From assembly GCA_016235665.1 (NCBI GenBank), contig JACRJI010000003.1, positions 160,061-224,060 of the forward strand: DNA of 64,000 bases, in the 5' to 3' direction. The DNA is from a candidate division TA06 bacterium (lineage in GTDB: Bacteria; Edwardsbacteria; AC1; EtOH8). This document shows, piece by piece, positions 36,263-46,258 of this stretch (position 1 is its first letter; each line of letters begins with the position of its first letter). The notes beneath the pieces are model-generated. The model ran no database searches, had not been told where the DNA came from, and saw only the letters and a program-made list of their open reading frames with translations. A program made the translations under genes and the position numbers.

Positions 36263-37050
36263 AAATTGCTTTGACCATCGCCGGCTCCGACAGCGGGGCC
36301 GGGGCCGGGATCCAGGCCGATCTCAAGACCTTCGCCGCCTGCGGGGTCTACGGCATCAACGTCATCACCGCCCTGACCGCCCAAAACACCCAGGGCGTGT
36401 TCGGCATCTTTCCGGTCAAGCCCGAGTTCATCAGCCGGCAGCTGGAGGTTCTGCTTAAGGACATGGGCTGCCAGGCCGTCAAGACCGGGATGCTTTTCAA
36501 CCGCCAGGTGATAGAGACCGTGGCCCACGACCTCCGCAAGCACAAGATGGGACCTCTGGTAGTGGACCCGGTGATGGTGGCCAAGGGCGGCCATTCGCTG
36601 CTGCAGCCCGAGGCCGAAGCGGCCCTGGTATCCTGCCTTTTCCCCCTGGCCTTTTTGGTGACCCCCAACCTGGACGAAGCCAAGCGGATATCCAAGATGA
36701 AGACCATCGCCAATCTGGACCAGATGAAGGAGGCGGCCTTCAAGATCTCGGTGCTTGGTCCGCGCCACGTGCTGATCAAGGGCGGGCATCTGCCGGGCAA
36801 TGCCACCGATCTTTTGTTCGACGGCCACAAGTTCACCGTGCTGGAGGCCCCGCGCATCAACACCTCCAACACCCACGGCACAGGCTGCACTTATTCGGCG
36901 GCCATCACAGCCTTTCTGGCCAGGGGAGAGAAGATCGACAGCGCCGTGGCCCGGGCCAAGCGCTATGTGACCGGGGGGATAAAGAATTCCCTGTCCATCG
37001 GCCACGGCCACGGCCCTCTGGATCATTTCTGGGAGACCGAAATAAAATAA
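36259..37050 (+). CDS. thiD: hydroxymethylpyrimidine/phosphomethylpyrimidine kinase
   Basis: [19 protein letters not shown]-terminus and the ribokinase-like fold. A 4-nt overlap with the upstream gene. Confidence 0.85.
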   Translation: MKIALTIAGSDSGAGAGIQADLKTFAACGVYGINVITALTAQNTQGVFGIFPVKPEFISRQLEVLLKDMGCQAVKTGMLFNRQVIETVAHDLRKHKMGPLVVDPVMVAKGGHSLLQPEAEAALVSCLFPLAFLVTPNLDEAKRISKMKTIANLDQMKEAAFKISVLGPRHVLIKGGHLPGNATDLLFDGHKFTVLEAPRINTSNTHGTGCTYSAAITAFLARGEKIDSAVARAKRYVTGGIKNSLSIGHGHGPLDHFWETEIK

Positions 37051-37090
37051 TCCCGCCGTCCTCGTTATCAACTTTTCAGGTAAGCACGCC

Positions 37091-37894
37091 ATGCACTCTC
37101 CTTCATTTTTAATGGCCTTCGTCCTGACCGCTTTGGCCGGCCTTTCCACCATGGTGGGCAGTTTTCTGGTGCTGTTCACCAAAAAAACCAGCACCAGGGT
37201 GCTGTCGGTCTCCCTGGGTTTTTCGGCCGGGGTGATGGTCTATGTCTCGTTCATGGAATTACTGCCCGAGGCCCGCTTAAGGCTGGTCTCCCATTTCGGC
37301 AACCTGGCCGGAAGCTGGTATGCGGTGGCCGCCTTCTTCGGCGGGGTGCTGCTGATCGGGATCATAGACAAGCTGGTGCCGGCCATAGAAAACCCCCACG
37401 AGACCCACGCCGCCAAGGAACTGAAAGACAAGAAGAACATAGACCTGCTGCGGATGGGAACCTTCACCGCTTTGGCCATCGCCATCCACAACTTCCCCGA
37501 GGGCATGGCCACGTTCACCGCCACGCTCAAGGACCCCACCCTGGGGCTGTTCATCGCCCTGGCCATCGCCATACACAACGTACCCGAGGGGATCGCCGTG
37601 GCGGTCCCCATCTATCACGCCACCGGCAGCAAGCGCAAGGCTCTTTGGTATTCATTCCTGTCGGCGGTGGCCGAGCCGCTGGGGGCGGTGGCGGCCTACC
37701 TGCTGTTCCATGAATTCCTGACCGATGCTGTCTTCGGGGTCCTTTTGGCGGCGGTGGCCGGGATCATGGTGTTCATCTCCTTCGACGAGCTTTTCCCCAC
37801 CGCCCGGGAGTGCGGACAGCATCACCTGGCCATCTACGGGCTGCTGGCCGGCATGGCGGTGATGGCGGTGAGCATGCTGATGTTTGTGAGGTAG
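37091..37894 (+). CDS. zupT: zinc transporter ZupT (ZIP family)
   Basis: 8 TM helices and the HNFPEG/HNVPEG signature motifs. Confidence 0.85.
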   Translation: MHSPSFLMAFVLTALAGLSTMVGSFLVLFTKKTSTRVLSVSLGFSAGVMVYVSFMELLPEARLRLVSHFGNLAGSWYAVAAFFGGVLLIGIIDKLVPAIENPHETHAAKELKDKKNIDLLRMGTFTALAIAIHNFPEGMATFTATLKDPTLGLFIALAIAIHNVPEGIAVAVPIYHATGSKRKALWYSFLSAVAEPLGAVAAYLLFHEFLTDAVFGVLLAAVAGIMVFISFDELFPTARECGQHHLAIYGLLAGMAVMAVSMLMFVR

Positions 37895-37896
37895 AA

Positions 37897-37950
37897 GAAG
37901 GTGGCTTCGATACAACCGCCAGAGGCGGTCACTCAGCCACCTTTCAGTTT
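37897..37950. terminator. long hairpin with nested mini-hairpin after zupT
   Basis: aaggtggct ... [ccgccagaggcgg] ... agccacctt, followed by tttcagttt. Confidence 0.45.
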
Positions 37951-38041
37951 GCGGCCAGGGGCTGAGTAGTCCGTAAGGGCGTATCGAATCCCCATGTTCA
38001 GGTAGTTTCAAAACCAGCGCACACTTTCAATTTTTCAAACG

Positions 38042-39922
38042 ATGCCCTTTCTCTCTTTCGCCAATCCCGCCGGCCTCTGGTTTCTGCCCCTGGCCGGGCT
38101 GCCGCTGTTGATCCACCTGTTCCGGAGGCGGCGGGCCGGAGTGATCCCTTTCCCCGACATCCGGCTGCTTCAGCAGGTCCAGAACGCCGCGGTCCGGCCC
38201 AGCCGGATCAGGGAATACCTGCTGCTGGCGGTGCGCACCCTGATCATCGTTCTTCTGGCATTATCCCTGGCCCGGCCCGCAGTTAACCTGGATCTGCCGG
38301 GCTGGCTCTCCGGGTCTTTGCAAACCTGCGCTCTGGTCATAGACAACTCGGCCAGCATGGGGGCCGTCAGCCGGGATACCACTATGCTGGAAAGGGCAAA
38401 ACAGAGAGCCCGGCAGGTACTTAAAGGGCTGGGGCCCAACGCCAGAGCGGCGGTGGTTTCGGCCGTGCCGGGCAGCCCGGTGGTCTGCGGGCTGTCTGCT
38501 GCCCTGACGGCCGAACGCGCGGTGGCCGCGCTGCCCCAGACCGAGCTCGGCACCGACCTGGAGGGTTCGATCCAGACGGCAGCCAGGATACTTGAGGCCG
38601 CAGGGGTTTCCGGAGTAAGGATCATAGTTTTTTCAGACCTGCAGCGAACGGCCTTTGGCCCCAGCCTTTCGCCCCTTGGCAAACTGCCAGGCGCCCCACC
38701 GGTCACGGTATATCAGATAAAACCCTCCCGGAGCCTGAACAACCTGATCTGGGAAAAGATCCAGGTAAAACCTTTGATCAAAAAGATCATCGTCAGGGCC
38801 AGGACCCTGGGCGGGCAGACGCCCCAGATCGGACTGGCGGCCGGCGGCAAGACAATATATCAGGCAAGCTCCCGGCCAGCCCCGGACGGAACGATCTCCT
38901 TAAGCTTTGGCCTGCCGGACCGGGACTCTCTTTTCCTGTATACCTCCGGGGATGACCTGCCGCTGGACGACAAGTATTACCTGGCGGCTGCGGTCACGGG
39001 CATTAAAAAGGTCCTGCTGTTTTCGGATGATACGGATAACGGAGGCGAGCATCTCTACCGGGCCTTTGCGGCCATGGCCCGGGCCGGTTACGAAATAAAA
39101 CGGGCCAACATCTGGAATAGCCAGTATTCTAAGGGCTTTGATTTGGTGGTGGTGGCCAAAGCCACAATTAACAAGGCTTTGCTGGCCGGAATCATGAATT
39201 CAGTGCATAACGGCGCGGGTTTGCTGGTTGCCCCGCCGCTCAATTCCGACCGGGAACAATATCAGGAGCTGCTAAAACAGTTTTCCGACATCACTCTTTC
39301 GGGCCTGGCGGACTCGTTGTCCCATAACCTCTATCGCCTGAACAAAACCGGCAGTGATGAAGGCATCTTAAGCGATCTCAGTCCGGCCGAGCTGGAGGCG
39401 GTTAAAATAAAAACATACTGGAAGGCCTTCACCCGGCAAAACACAGTTTTGGCCATCAACCGGTCCGACCCGGCGCTGATCTTTGGCACCGGTCAGAAAT
39501 TTAAGACGGCGGTTCTCCTGACCGGCGGGCAAACTGGCTTTGGCGATATGGTTTTTAAACCGGCCTTTCTGGTAATGCTGTTGCAAACCGCAGACCATTT
39601 GACCCAAAAAACCGGCCGGCAGTCGGTGACCGGATCAGAAGGAACCAGCTCCGGCGGAAACCCGGGAGCAAGGCAAGGATCCGGCTGGGCCCAAACAGAA
39701 GAGGGGGTACCGGAAGCGTTGAACATAGCGGCTGAGGAGTCCGATCTGACGCCGGTTTCAAACCAGGAACTAAAGGCTATCATGCAAAACATTACGTGGC
39801 AGTCATCCGGATCAGGCCCTGGGGCTTTTCCGGCTCAAAGTCCGGCAGCCAGGCTGTTCCTTTTTTTAGCCGGGTTGATGCTGATTTTGGAGATGGCTTT
39901 ACGGACAGCCCCAAAAATATAA
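38042..39922 (+). CDS. BatA-like N-terminal double-TM / VWA-domain membrane protein
   Basis: LIHLFRRRR after TM1, a second TM, and the VWA MIDAS motif DNSAS. Confidence 0.6.
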   Translation: MPFLSFANPAGLWFLPLAGLPLLIHLFRRRRAGVIPFPDIRLLQQVQNAAVRPSRIREYLLLAVRTLIIVLLALSLARPAVNLDLPGWLSGSLQTCALVIDNSASMGAVSRDTTMLERAKQRARQVLKGLGPNARAAVVSAVPGSPVVCGLSAALTAERAVAALPQTELGTDLEGSIQTAARILEAAGVSGVRIIVFSDLQRTAFGPSLSPLGKLPGAPPVTVYQIKPSRSLNNLIWEKIQVKPLIKKIIVRARTLGGQTPQIGLAAGGKTIYQASSRPAPDGTISLSFGLPDRDSLFLYTSGDDLPLDDKYYLAAAVTGIKKVLLFSDDTDNGGEHLYRAFAAMARAGYEIKRANIWNSQYSKGFDLVVVAKATINKALLAGIMNSVHNGAGLLVAPPLNSDREQYQELLKQFSDITLSGLADSLSHNLYRLNKTGSDEGILSDLSPAELEAVKIKTYWKAFTRQNTVLAINRSDPALIFGTGQKFKTAVLLTGGQTGFGDMVFKPAFLVMLLQTADHLTQKTGRQSVTGSEGTSSGGNPGARQGSGWAQTEEGVPEALNIAAEESDLTPVSNQELKAIMQNITWQSSGSGPGAFPAQSPAARLFLFLAGLMLILEMALRTAPKI

Positions 39923-40162
39923 AAATAATTAAAAAATTTATTTGACAAAACGATTAAAATATGTTAATAATTATGTTCTTGACGTCTAAAAGCTTACCCA
40001 GTTAGCGAAACCTTCTGGTTCAATAAAAAAACAACGTAGAACCATAGGCGTAAAATAGCCGATATCAAAGCAAACCCGCCTAAGACAGTTTCGTCCTTCC
40101 CTGGAAAAATGTCCTGTAGTTTCAGAATATTTCAAGCAATCATAAATTAAGGGGATAACGTT

Positions 40163-41182
40163 ATGGCTGGCAATAAAAGCCCTAATTTGGGCATTATGAT
40201 CATGGTGCTGGCTCTTTCCGCTTTGCTGACGGTGGGAGCGGTGCTGGGAGTGGCTTTGGCTACTTGGCCCGGAAGTGCTGCCCCTGCCAAGCCCGGTGCG
40301 GCCGACACCAAGCTGGAGATGTTTGCCTCTACTGCCAGCCGTCTGACGGGCTTCATATTTTTTACCTATCCAGACGAGGTCAAAGATTACATGAGTCCGG
40401 TGCTGGCCGACCTGAAATCAAAGCTTCCGGCCATCAAGTCCATCACAGTCACCGATCCCGCCGGCCTGATAGTGGGCTCTGACATTGAAGATCAGATAGA
40501 TAAAACTTACCAGCTGCCCAAGGGGGCCAAGCCCCCGGCCGGCGACAAACTGGACATACAGGAGATAACCCCGGGCCAGCTTTTGGTGGCCGTGCCCTCG
40601 GTCTATAATAACAAGATCAAGGGCGGGCTCCGGATGCTGGTGGAATTGCCACAGGCCAAAAGCTCCGGCGGCGGCAAAAGCATGGTGATCATAATAGGGC
40701 TGGTGGCCATGCTGATCGGATTGATCGTTCCCATTGCGGCAGTACCGGCCATGACCAAACAATTGTCTGCTGCTTCGGCAGCCCCGGTTGGTGCGGGAAA
40801 AGCCCAGGCCATGAAGGCCGAAGAATCATCCATCAACACCAGGCTGGAATCCCTGCGCCGGGAGCTGGGCAAGGCCGAAGAGTTGAAGTCAGCGCAGGAC
40901 GGGCTGGCGGCCGAAGTGGAATCATTGCGCAAACAACAGATAGAGGAGAATTACAAACTGGAAGGGCTGAAGAGGGAAGTGACCGAGCTGGGGGTGCAGA
41001 TGGAACAGAGGCGGAAAATGCTGGAGGCCACTCCTGAAGAGCGGCATACCCAGCTGACCCAGGAGGACCGCGACCTGATGCAGAAGATTATCAATCACAA
41101 AAAAGAAGAACTGGCCCTGGCTCAGAAGATCCAGGACATCCGGCGCAAGGTGATAGAGTTGGAAAAACGCACCAAGGCCTAA
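40163..41182 (+). CDS. two-TM membrane protein with long C-terminal coiled coil (possible chain-length/assembly factor)
   Basis: TM1 at residues ~10-35, a 140-aa periplasmic segment, TM2 at ~175-195, and a 140-aa heptad-rich tail. Confidence 0.4.
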   Translation: MAGNKSPNLGIMIMVLALSALLTVGAVLGVALATWPGSAAPAKPGAADTKLEMFASTASRLTGFIFFTYPDEVKDYMSPVLADLKSKLPAIKSITVTDPAGLIVGSDIEDQIDKTYQLPKGAKPPAGDKLDIQEITPGQLLVAVPSVYNNKIKGGLRMLVELPQAKSSGGGKSMVIIIGLVAMLIGLIVPIAAVPAMTKQLSAASAAPVGAGKAQAMKAEESSINTRLESLRRELGKAEELKSAQDGLAAEVESLRKQQIEENYKLEGLKREVTELGVQMEQRRKMLEATPEERHTQLTQEDRDLMQKIINHKKEELALAQKIQDIRRKVIELEKRTKA

Positions 41183-41215
41183 ATAACCACCAAAGCCGGG
41201 ACTACGGAAATATTA

Positions 41216-41251
41216 AAAGACGGGGCAGAGTTAAAATCTCCCCGTCTTTTG
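41216..41251 (+). terminator. rho-independent terminator
   Basis: aaagacgggg-[loop]-ccccgtcttttt. Confidence 0.65.
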
Positions 41252-41342
41252 CTAAAGATTATTTAAGTGGGAATTGGTTTTCCATGGGGACAGAACGATC
41301 CGCACCGGACATTATCCGGCAATAAATCACCATGATGCTTTA

Positions 41343-42635
41343 ATGAAAAAATTAGGCGCCCAAAGTTTGCAGACTTTTTTATACCAGGCCCTGAACATGG
41401 TGCTGGGCCTGGGGTGCGGGGTGATAGTGGCCCGGTACCTGGGCCCTACCGCCAAAGGGGCCATAGCCCTGTACGGGCTGATAGCCGGCTTTTTGGCGCT
41501 GGCTGGCAATCTGGGCCTGGGCCTGGCCAATGTCCATCTGGTCGGCAGCGGCCAGATACTGCCGGGGCGGGCCTGGGCCAATTCCCTTTATATGTCGGTG
41601 CTGACCGGATCCATGTTGGCCGTACTGACCATATTTCTTTTCCCGGTCCTGGGGATCATCGTGAAAAGGCCGGTGGATATGGGCCTTTTGGGCATCGTGT
41701 TGTGCGGGCTTCCATTGCTGCTGCTGTTGGACTACCAGATAAACCTGCTGCGAGGCCTGGGAGATCTGGCGGGATTCAATCAAGCTGGCCTGATGCGACA
41801 GCTTGGCCGGCTACTGGCACTGGGCCTGCTGGTGGCGGCCTTAGGCGGTTTTGTGGCCTCGGCCCTTTGGGCGGCCAATATTTCGATCTTACTGGCGGCG
41901 CTTTGGAGCGGTTTTAGACTTATAAAAAAAACAGCTTTGTCGCTGGTCCCGTCATGGAGCGGTTTAAAAAAATCATTAAGTTATGGGCTGAAGGGCCAGC
42001 CGGGCCAGATAATCCAGTTCTTCAACTACCGGCTGGACCTGATCCTGCTGGCGCTGTTCTGGACCAACCGCGAAGTGGGCATTTATGCCACCGCGGTTTT
42101 TTTAGCCGAGTTGATCTGGTACATTCCGGCGGCGGTCTCCACCGTTTTGTTACCAGCGGTTTCTTCGGCAGATTCGGAGTCCAGGGCCAAAGAGATCAGC
42201 CTTAAGGCCATCCGTCATACCGTATTTTTAAGCCTGACCGCCGCGATCGTCTTGGCGCTTTCGGCCCAGGGGTTGATCAGAGTTCTTTATGGGCCAGCCT
42301 TTGATCCGGCCGTCAGGGCGCTGCAGGTGCTTCTTTTCGGGGTGGTGATGCTGGCTCCAGCCAAGCTGATAGTCAGCCATCTGGCCGGGGTGGGAAAATC
42401 GCAATACGTCAGTTACTTGGCCTTAAGCGGCCTGGGCCTGACCCTGCTGCTGGATGTTATCCTGATCCCCAGGTTCGGGATGATAGGCGCGGCCTGGGCC
42501 TCGGCCGCCGCCTACAGCTGCTCCGGCTTGTTGTCGCTGTTCTGGCTCAAGCGCCATTTAAGGGTGGAGATAGTTCCCAGCCTGATATTGAATAAAGAAG
42601 ACTGGCAGGAATACCGGGAGCTGATCAATCTATGA
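41343..42635 (+). CDS. Wzx-type oligosaccharide flippase (MOP superfamily), copy 1
   Basis: 12-14 TM helices in the polysaccharide-biosynthesis-protein family pattern. Start is the ATG at 41343. Confidence 0.72.
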   Translation: MKKLGAQSLQTFLYQALNMVLGLGCGVIVARYLGPTAKGAIALYGLIAGFLALAGNLGLGLANVHLVGSGQILPGRAWANSLYMSVLTGSMLAVLTIFLFPVLGIIVKRPVDMGLLGIVLCGLPLLLLLDYQINLLRGLGDLAGFNQAGLMRQLGRLLALGLLVAALGGFVASALWAANISILLAALWSGFRLIKKTALSLVPSWSGLKKSLSYGLKGQPGQIIQFFNYRLDLILLALFWTNREVGIYATAVFLAELIWYIPAAVSTVLLPAVSSADSESRAKEISLKAIRHTVFLSLTAAIVLALSAQGLIRVLYGPAFDPAVRALQVLLFGVVMLAPAKLIVSHLAGVGKSQYVSYLALSGLGLTLLLDVILIPRFGMIGAAWASAAAYSCSGLLSLFWLKRHLRVEIVPSLILNKEDWQEYRELINL

Positions 42636-43900
42636 AAAAGGTGCTGCTGCTGACCTCGCTGGAAGTGCCTTTCCGCGGAAATCTGATTGAGGGGCAGTTC
42701 CTGTCTCCGATACTGGGCTCCGGAAATAGCGGGCCCGGACCGGAATTCAGGTATCTGTCTTTGGCTCCGTTCATGTTCTACACCGGGCGCCGCCGGCCTT
42801 TTAAAACATATCTGGCTGGACTGGCCAAGCGGAAGGCGGTAAGATCATTCACCTCCGGCCTGGGCTGCCGGACCGACATCTGGCCGATAGGATTCCCGTT
42901 GTTTCCCCGTGATTTCAATCTGACCCGGGCAAAATATTACCTTTATATGGCATCGGCGCTGGGGCCGTTCTTGGTTTATCTTTTGTTATTTCGTCCTGGT
43001 CTGGTGGTCGCCCGCAGTTATCCGGCGGCGTCGCTGGCCCGGCTGGCCAAGAGATACTTCGGCATCCCATACATCTTTGACCTGAGGGGGATGTACCCCG
43101 AAGAATCGGTCAATGCCGGGATATTTGCCGCCGGCTCGCAGGACCACCGGTTCTGGAAAGGACAGGAAATATCCCTGATATCTCAGGCGGCTTTGAACGT
43201 AGTGGTATCGGAGCCGTTCGCTGAATATCTGAAGACCATTGATCCAGATGCGCCTTCCCTGGTCATCCCCTGCTGCGTGGATCAGCATAAAATAAAATTC
43301 GATCCAGCCCGCCGGGAAGCAGTAAAAAATCAATACGGCCTTAAGGACCGGTTCGTGCTGCTGCACCTGGGATCATTCGGCGCTCCCGGGGACCGGGGGT
43401 TGGTGGCCGCCTACCTGCAGCGCTTTAAAAAAGCAAGGCCGGAAGCTTTTCTGGCGGTGGCTTCGGGCACTCCGGCTTTCGCCCCCTCTATACACCAGGC
43501 ATTCGGGGCCGCCGGACTGAAAGAGGGAGATTACCTGCTGGTCAATCCTTCTTCGACGGAGCAGCTTTCCCAGATGCTGGCTTTGGGAGACGCCGGGCTG
43601 ATCCTGGAACGTAAAGCGTCCAACACCAGGGTCTGCCTGTCGGTCAAGCTGGGGGAATACCTGGCCGCCGGACTGCCGGTGATCTGCACCCCGTTTGTGG
43701 AAGGCGCGGTCCGGCTGGTCAGAGAATATGATTGCGGGCTGGTGGTGGACCCCGAGGCCGGGGAACCGCTGGAAAAGGAAAAGAAATTCATAGAGGATCA
43801 TCCCCGTCTGCGGAAGAACGGTTTTAAACTGGTGGACGAAGTGCTTTCCCTCAACCGCTGCCATGATCTGTGGCGGCAGGCCATCAAACAGACAACATAA
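42632..43900 (+). CDS. GT-B glycosyltransferase (GT4-like C-terminal domain)
   Basis: ATGA overlap with the flippase gene. The C-terminal half matches the Glycos_transf_1 pattern. Confidence 0.5.
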   Translation: MKKVLLLTSLEVPFRGNLIEGQFLSPILGSGNSGPGPEFRYLSLAPFMFYTGRRRPFKTYLAGLAKRKAVRSFTSGLGCRTDIWPIGFPLFPRDFNLTRAKYYLYMASALGPFLVYLLLFRPGLVVARSYPAASLARLAKRYFGIPYIFDLRGMYPEESVNAGIFAAGSQDHRFWKGQEISLISQAALNVVVSEPFAEYLKTIDPDAPSLVIPCCVDQHKIKFDPARREAVKNQYGLKDRFVLLHLGSFGAPGDRGLVAAYLQRFKKARPEAFLAVASGTPAFAPSIHQAFGAAGLKEGDYLLVNPSSTEQLSQMLALGDAGLILERKASNTRVCLSVKLGEYLAAGLPVICTPFVEGAVRLVREYDCGLVVDPEAGEPLEKEKKFIEDHPRLRKNGFKLVDEVLSLNRCHDLWRQAIKQTT

Positions 43901-43912
43901 AAGGGTTGCCTC

Positions 43913-44542
43913 ATGTTCAAAAAAGTGCTGGTGCTGGCGCCCCACACCGACGACGGGGAGTTCGGCTGCGGGGGGTTCATGGCCAAACTGCTGAAGCAGA
44001 AGGCCCAGGTGCATTATGCCGCGTTCTCCTCGGCCGAAAAATCGCTGCCCAAAGGGGCCGATCCCGGCACCCTTAAAAAGGAGCTGCAGGCGGCCCTGGA
44101 CAGCCTGGGGCTTAAGAAACAGCACCGGTACATTTATGATTATCCGGTGCGTGATTTTCCCCAGCACCGCCAGGCCATTCTGGACGACCTGATAAAGTTG
44201 AAAAGAAAGATCGATCCCGGTCTGGTGCTGATGCCCTGTTTCAACGATACCCATCAGGACCATCTGACCATTGCCCAGGAGGGTTTCCGGGCCTTCAAGG
44301 ACCGCACCATCCTGGGTTACGAGATCCCATGGAACAACAAGACCTTCGAGACCCAGTCCTTCGTTCTGCTGGAGCCGAAGCATATCGAAGCCAAGATCCG
44401 GGCCCTCAAGTGCTATAAGTCACAGCTGGGGCGGTTTTACGCCAATCCGGAATTCATCAGGGCGCTGGCCACAACCAGGGGGACCCAGATCGGGGCCAGA
44501 TACGCCGAGGCATTTGAGGTTATACGCTGGGTTCTCAAGTAA
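43913..44542 (+). CDS. PIG-L/LmbE-family N-acetylglucosaminyl deacetylase
   Basis: N-terminal VLVLAPHTDDGEFGCGG and the HxDH motif THQDH. Confidence 0.8.
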   Translation: MFKKVLVLAPHTDDGEFGCGGFMAKLLKQKAQVHYAAFSSAEKSLPKGADPGTLKKELQAALDSLGLKKQHRYIYDYPVRDFPQHRQAILDDLIKLKRKIDPGLVLMPCFNDTHQDHLTIAQEGFRAFKDRTILGYEIPWNNKTFETQSFVLLEPKHIEAKIRALKCYKSQLGRFYANPEFIRALATTRGTQIGARYAEAFEVIRWVLK

Positions 44543-44580
44543 CTTCAATCGGGTTATCTGATGCCAACCACAATAAAAAC

Positions 44581-45267
44581 ATGATCGTCGCCGCTCATCA
44601 ACCGAATTACCTGCCGTGGGCGGGCTATTTTTATAAAATGGCCCGCTGCGATGTCTTTGTGTTCCTGGACAGCGTCCAATACTCACGCACCTCTTACACC
44701 GCCCGCTGCTCCGTCAAACAATGCGACGGTCGGGCCAGCTGGCTTTCGGTGCCGGTGCTCAAAAAGGGCCGGTATTTTCAAAACGTCAACCAAGTGGCCA
44801 TAGACAATCAACGGCCGTGGCAGGCCGAGCACCTGAAAACCCTGGAATCATGCTATTCCCGGACGCCTTATTTCAAAGAATGCTCCTGGCTGCTGGATAT
44901 GGTTTATCGGCAAAATTGGGAGAACCTTTCGCAGTTGAACCGGACGGTGATAGTAAGGCTGGCTGAGTATCTGGGTATAAAAACAAAATTCATAAATTTA
45001 TCCGAATTGAAAATCGAAGGAAAATCCACCGAGATGCTGGTCTCGGCCTGTCTGGCGCTTAAGGCCCGGGAATATATCTCAGGGTCCGGCGGCCAGAACT
45101 ACCTTGATAAGGAACAGTTCCAGCGGGCCGGCATAGGGCTTACCTATACAAAATACCAGCCCCAGCCCTATCCCCAGCTTTGGGGAGAATTCGTGCCCGG
45201 TCTGTCAGTAATGGATATGCTGTTCAACTGCGGTTCGGAAGAAATCAAGAATTTTATCCTCCTTTGA
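44581..45267 (+). CDS. WbqC-like family protein
   Basis: IVAAHQPNYLPWAGYFYKMARCDVFVFLDSVQY is the signature N-terminus of the WbqC-like family. Confidence 0.7.
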   Translation: MIVAAHQPNYLPWAGYFYKMARCDVFVFLDSVQYSRTSYTARCSVKQCDGRASWLSVPVLKKGRYFQNVNQVAIDNQRPWQAEHLKTLESCYSRTPYFKECSWLLDMVYRQNWENLSQLNRTVIVRLAEYLGIKTKFINLSELKIEGKSTEMLVSACLALKAREYISGSGGQNYLDKEQFQRAGIGLTYTKYQPQPYPQLWGEFVPGLSVMDMLFNCGSEEIKNFILL

Positions 45268-45274
45268 GTCTGAT

Positions 45275-46258
45275 ATGAAAATCATCCTGGCCGGAGTGTT
45301 CAATGTTCCCTGGTCCACCAACCATTTCATGAAGAAGCACCTGGAACGGCTGGGGCATCAGGTATTGCCGTTAGAGCTGGACTGGTCGCACCCCCGCCCT
45401 TTGGACATGAACGAAAGGTTGTGGTTCAAACTATCCTCCTCAGTCAAAGCTCAAGCCCTCGGCAAAAAACTGCTGGGACTGGCCCGGTCCCAAGTACCTG
45501 ATGCCGTGATCGTAGTCAAAGGAAAGCGCCTGGACCCGGGGATCACAGAACAACTGGCCCGGCAGATGCTGGTGGCCTACCGGTACATGGATGCTCCGCT
45601 CCACCAATATGTGGCAGGCCATTCCAAAGCCAGCCATCTTGTCTTTGTCACCGGCAAACATCTGGTAGAACCATTATCACTGATCACCGGACAGAACAAT
45701 GTTCACCACCTGCTTGAAGGCTGTGACCCCGAGGTCCATAAACCCGCAGGTTATGATGGCAACTATGCCTGCGATGTGGCTTTTGCGGGGGCTCCGGCTC
45801 CCGACAGGATAAATCTCCTCAGAGCCTGTCGCCAGGCGGGGTATAAGGTAAGGATCTGGGGCCAGCCGGGCTGGCCTCGGGATCTGGGTTACACCGGGAA
45901 TTTCGCCTACGGCGAAGTATTAGCCAAGGTCTGCGCCTCGGCCAAGATCGTCCTGGGAGTCAACAACCGCAACGATCATCCCGGCTACTTTTCCGACCGG
46001 GCTTTGCTGGTACTGGCCTGCCGGGGTTTTCACCTATCCCACTATGTTCCGGGGCTGGAAGACTATTTTGACAACCTCAAACACCTGGCGTGGTTCAAGG
46101 ATCAATCAGAAATGCTGAGAATCATAAAAGAATATATTCATAATGATTCCGGCCGGGCAGGTATTGCCGCCGCCGGGCAGGCATTGGTCTATCAAAAACA
46201 TACCTGGGAAAGATCCATGATATCCATGATGGAAATCATAGAACAGAAGAAACGCTGA
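45275..46258 (+). CDS. CgeB-family glycosyltransferase-like protein
   Basis: CgeB/DUF3880-like N-terminal region plus a GT1-like C-terminal region. Confidence 0.45.
   Translation: MKIILAGVFNVPWSTNHFMKKHLERLGHQVLPLELDWSHPRPLDMNERLWFKLSSSVKAQALGKKLLGLARSQVPDAVIVVKGKRLDPGITEQLARQMLVAYRYMDAPLHQYVAGHSKASHLVFVTGKHLVEPLSLITGQNNVHHLLEGCDPEVHKPAGYDGNYACDVAFAGAPAPDRINLLRACRQAGYKVRIWGQPGWPRDLGYTGNFAYGEVLAKVCASAKIVLGVNNRNDHPGYFSDRALLVLACRGFHLSHYVPGLEDYFDNLKHLAWFKDQSEMLRIIKEYIHNDSGRAGIAAAGQALVYQKHTWERSMISMMEIIEQKKR

Noticed and set aside
36118-37194. 358-aa minus-strand ORF
   Set aside because: It is antisense to thiD/zupT. It has no RBS and a skewed composition.
43373-44383. 336-aa minus-strand ORF
   Set aside because: It is antisense to the GT4-like and PIG-L genes of the glycan operon.
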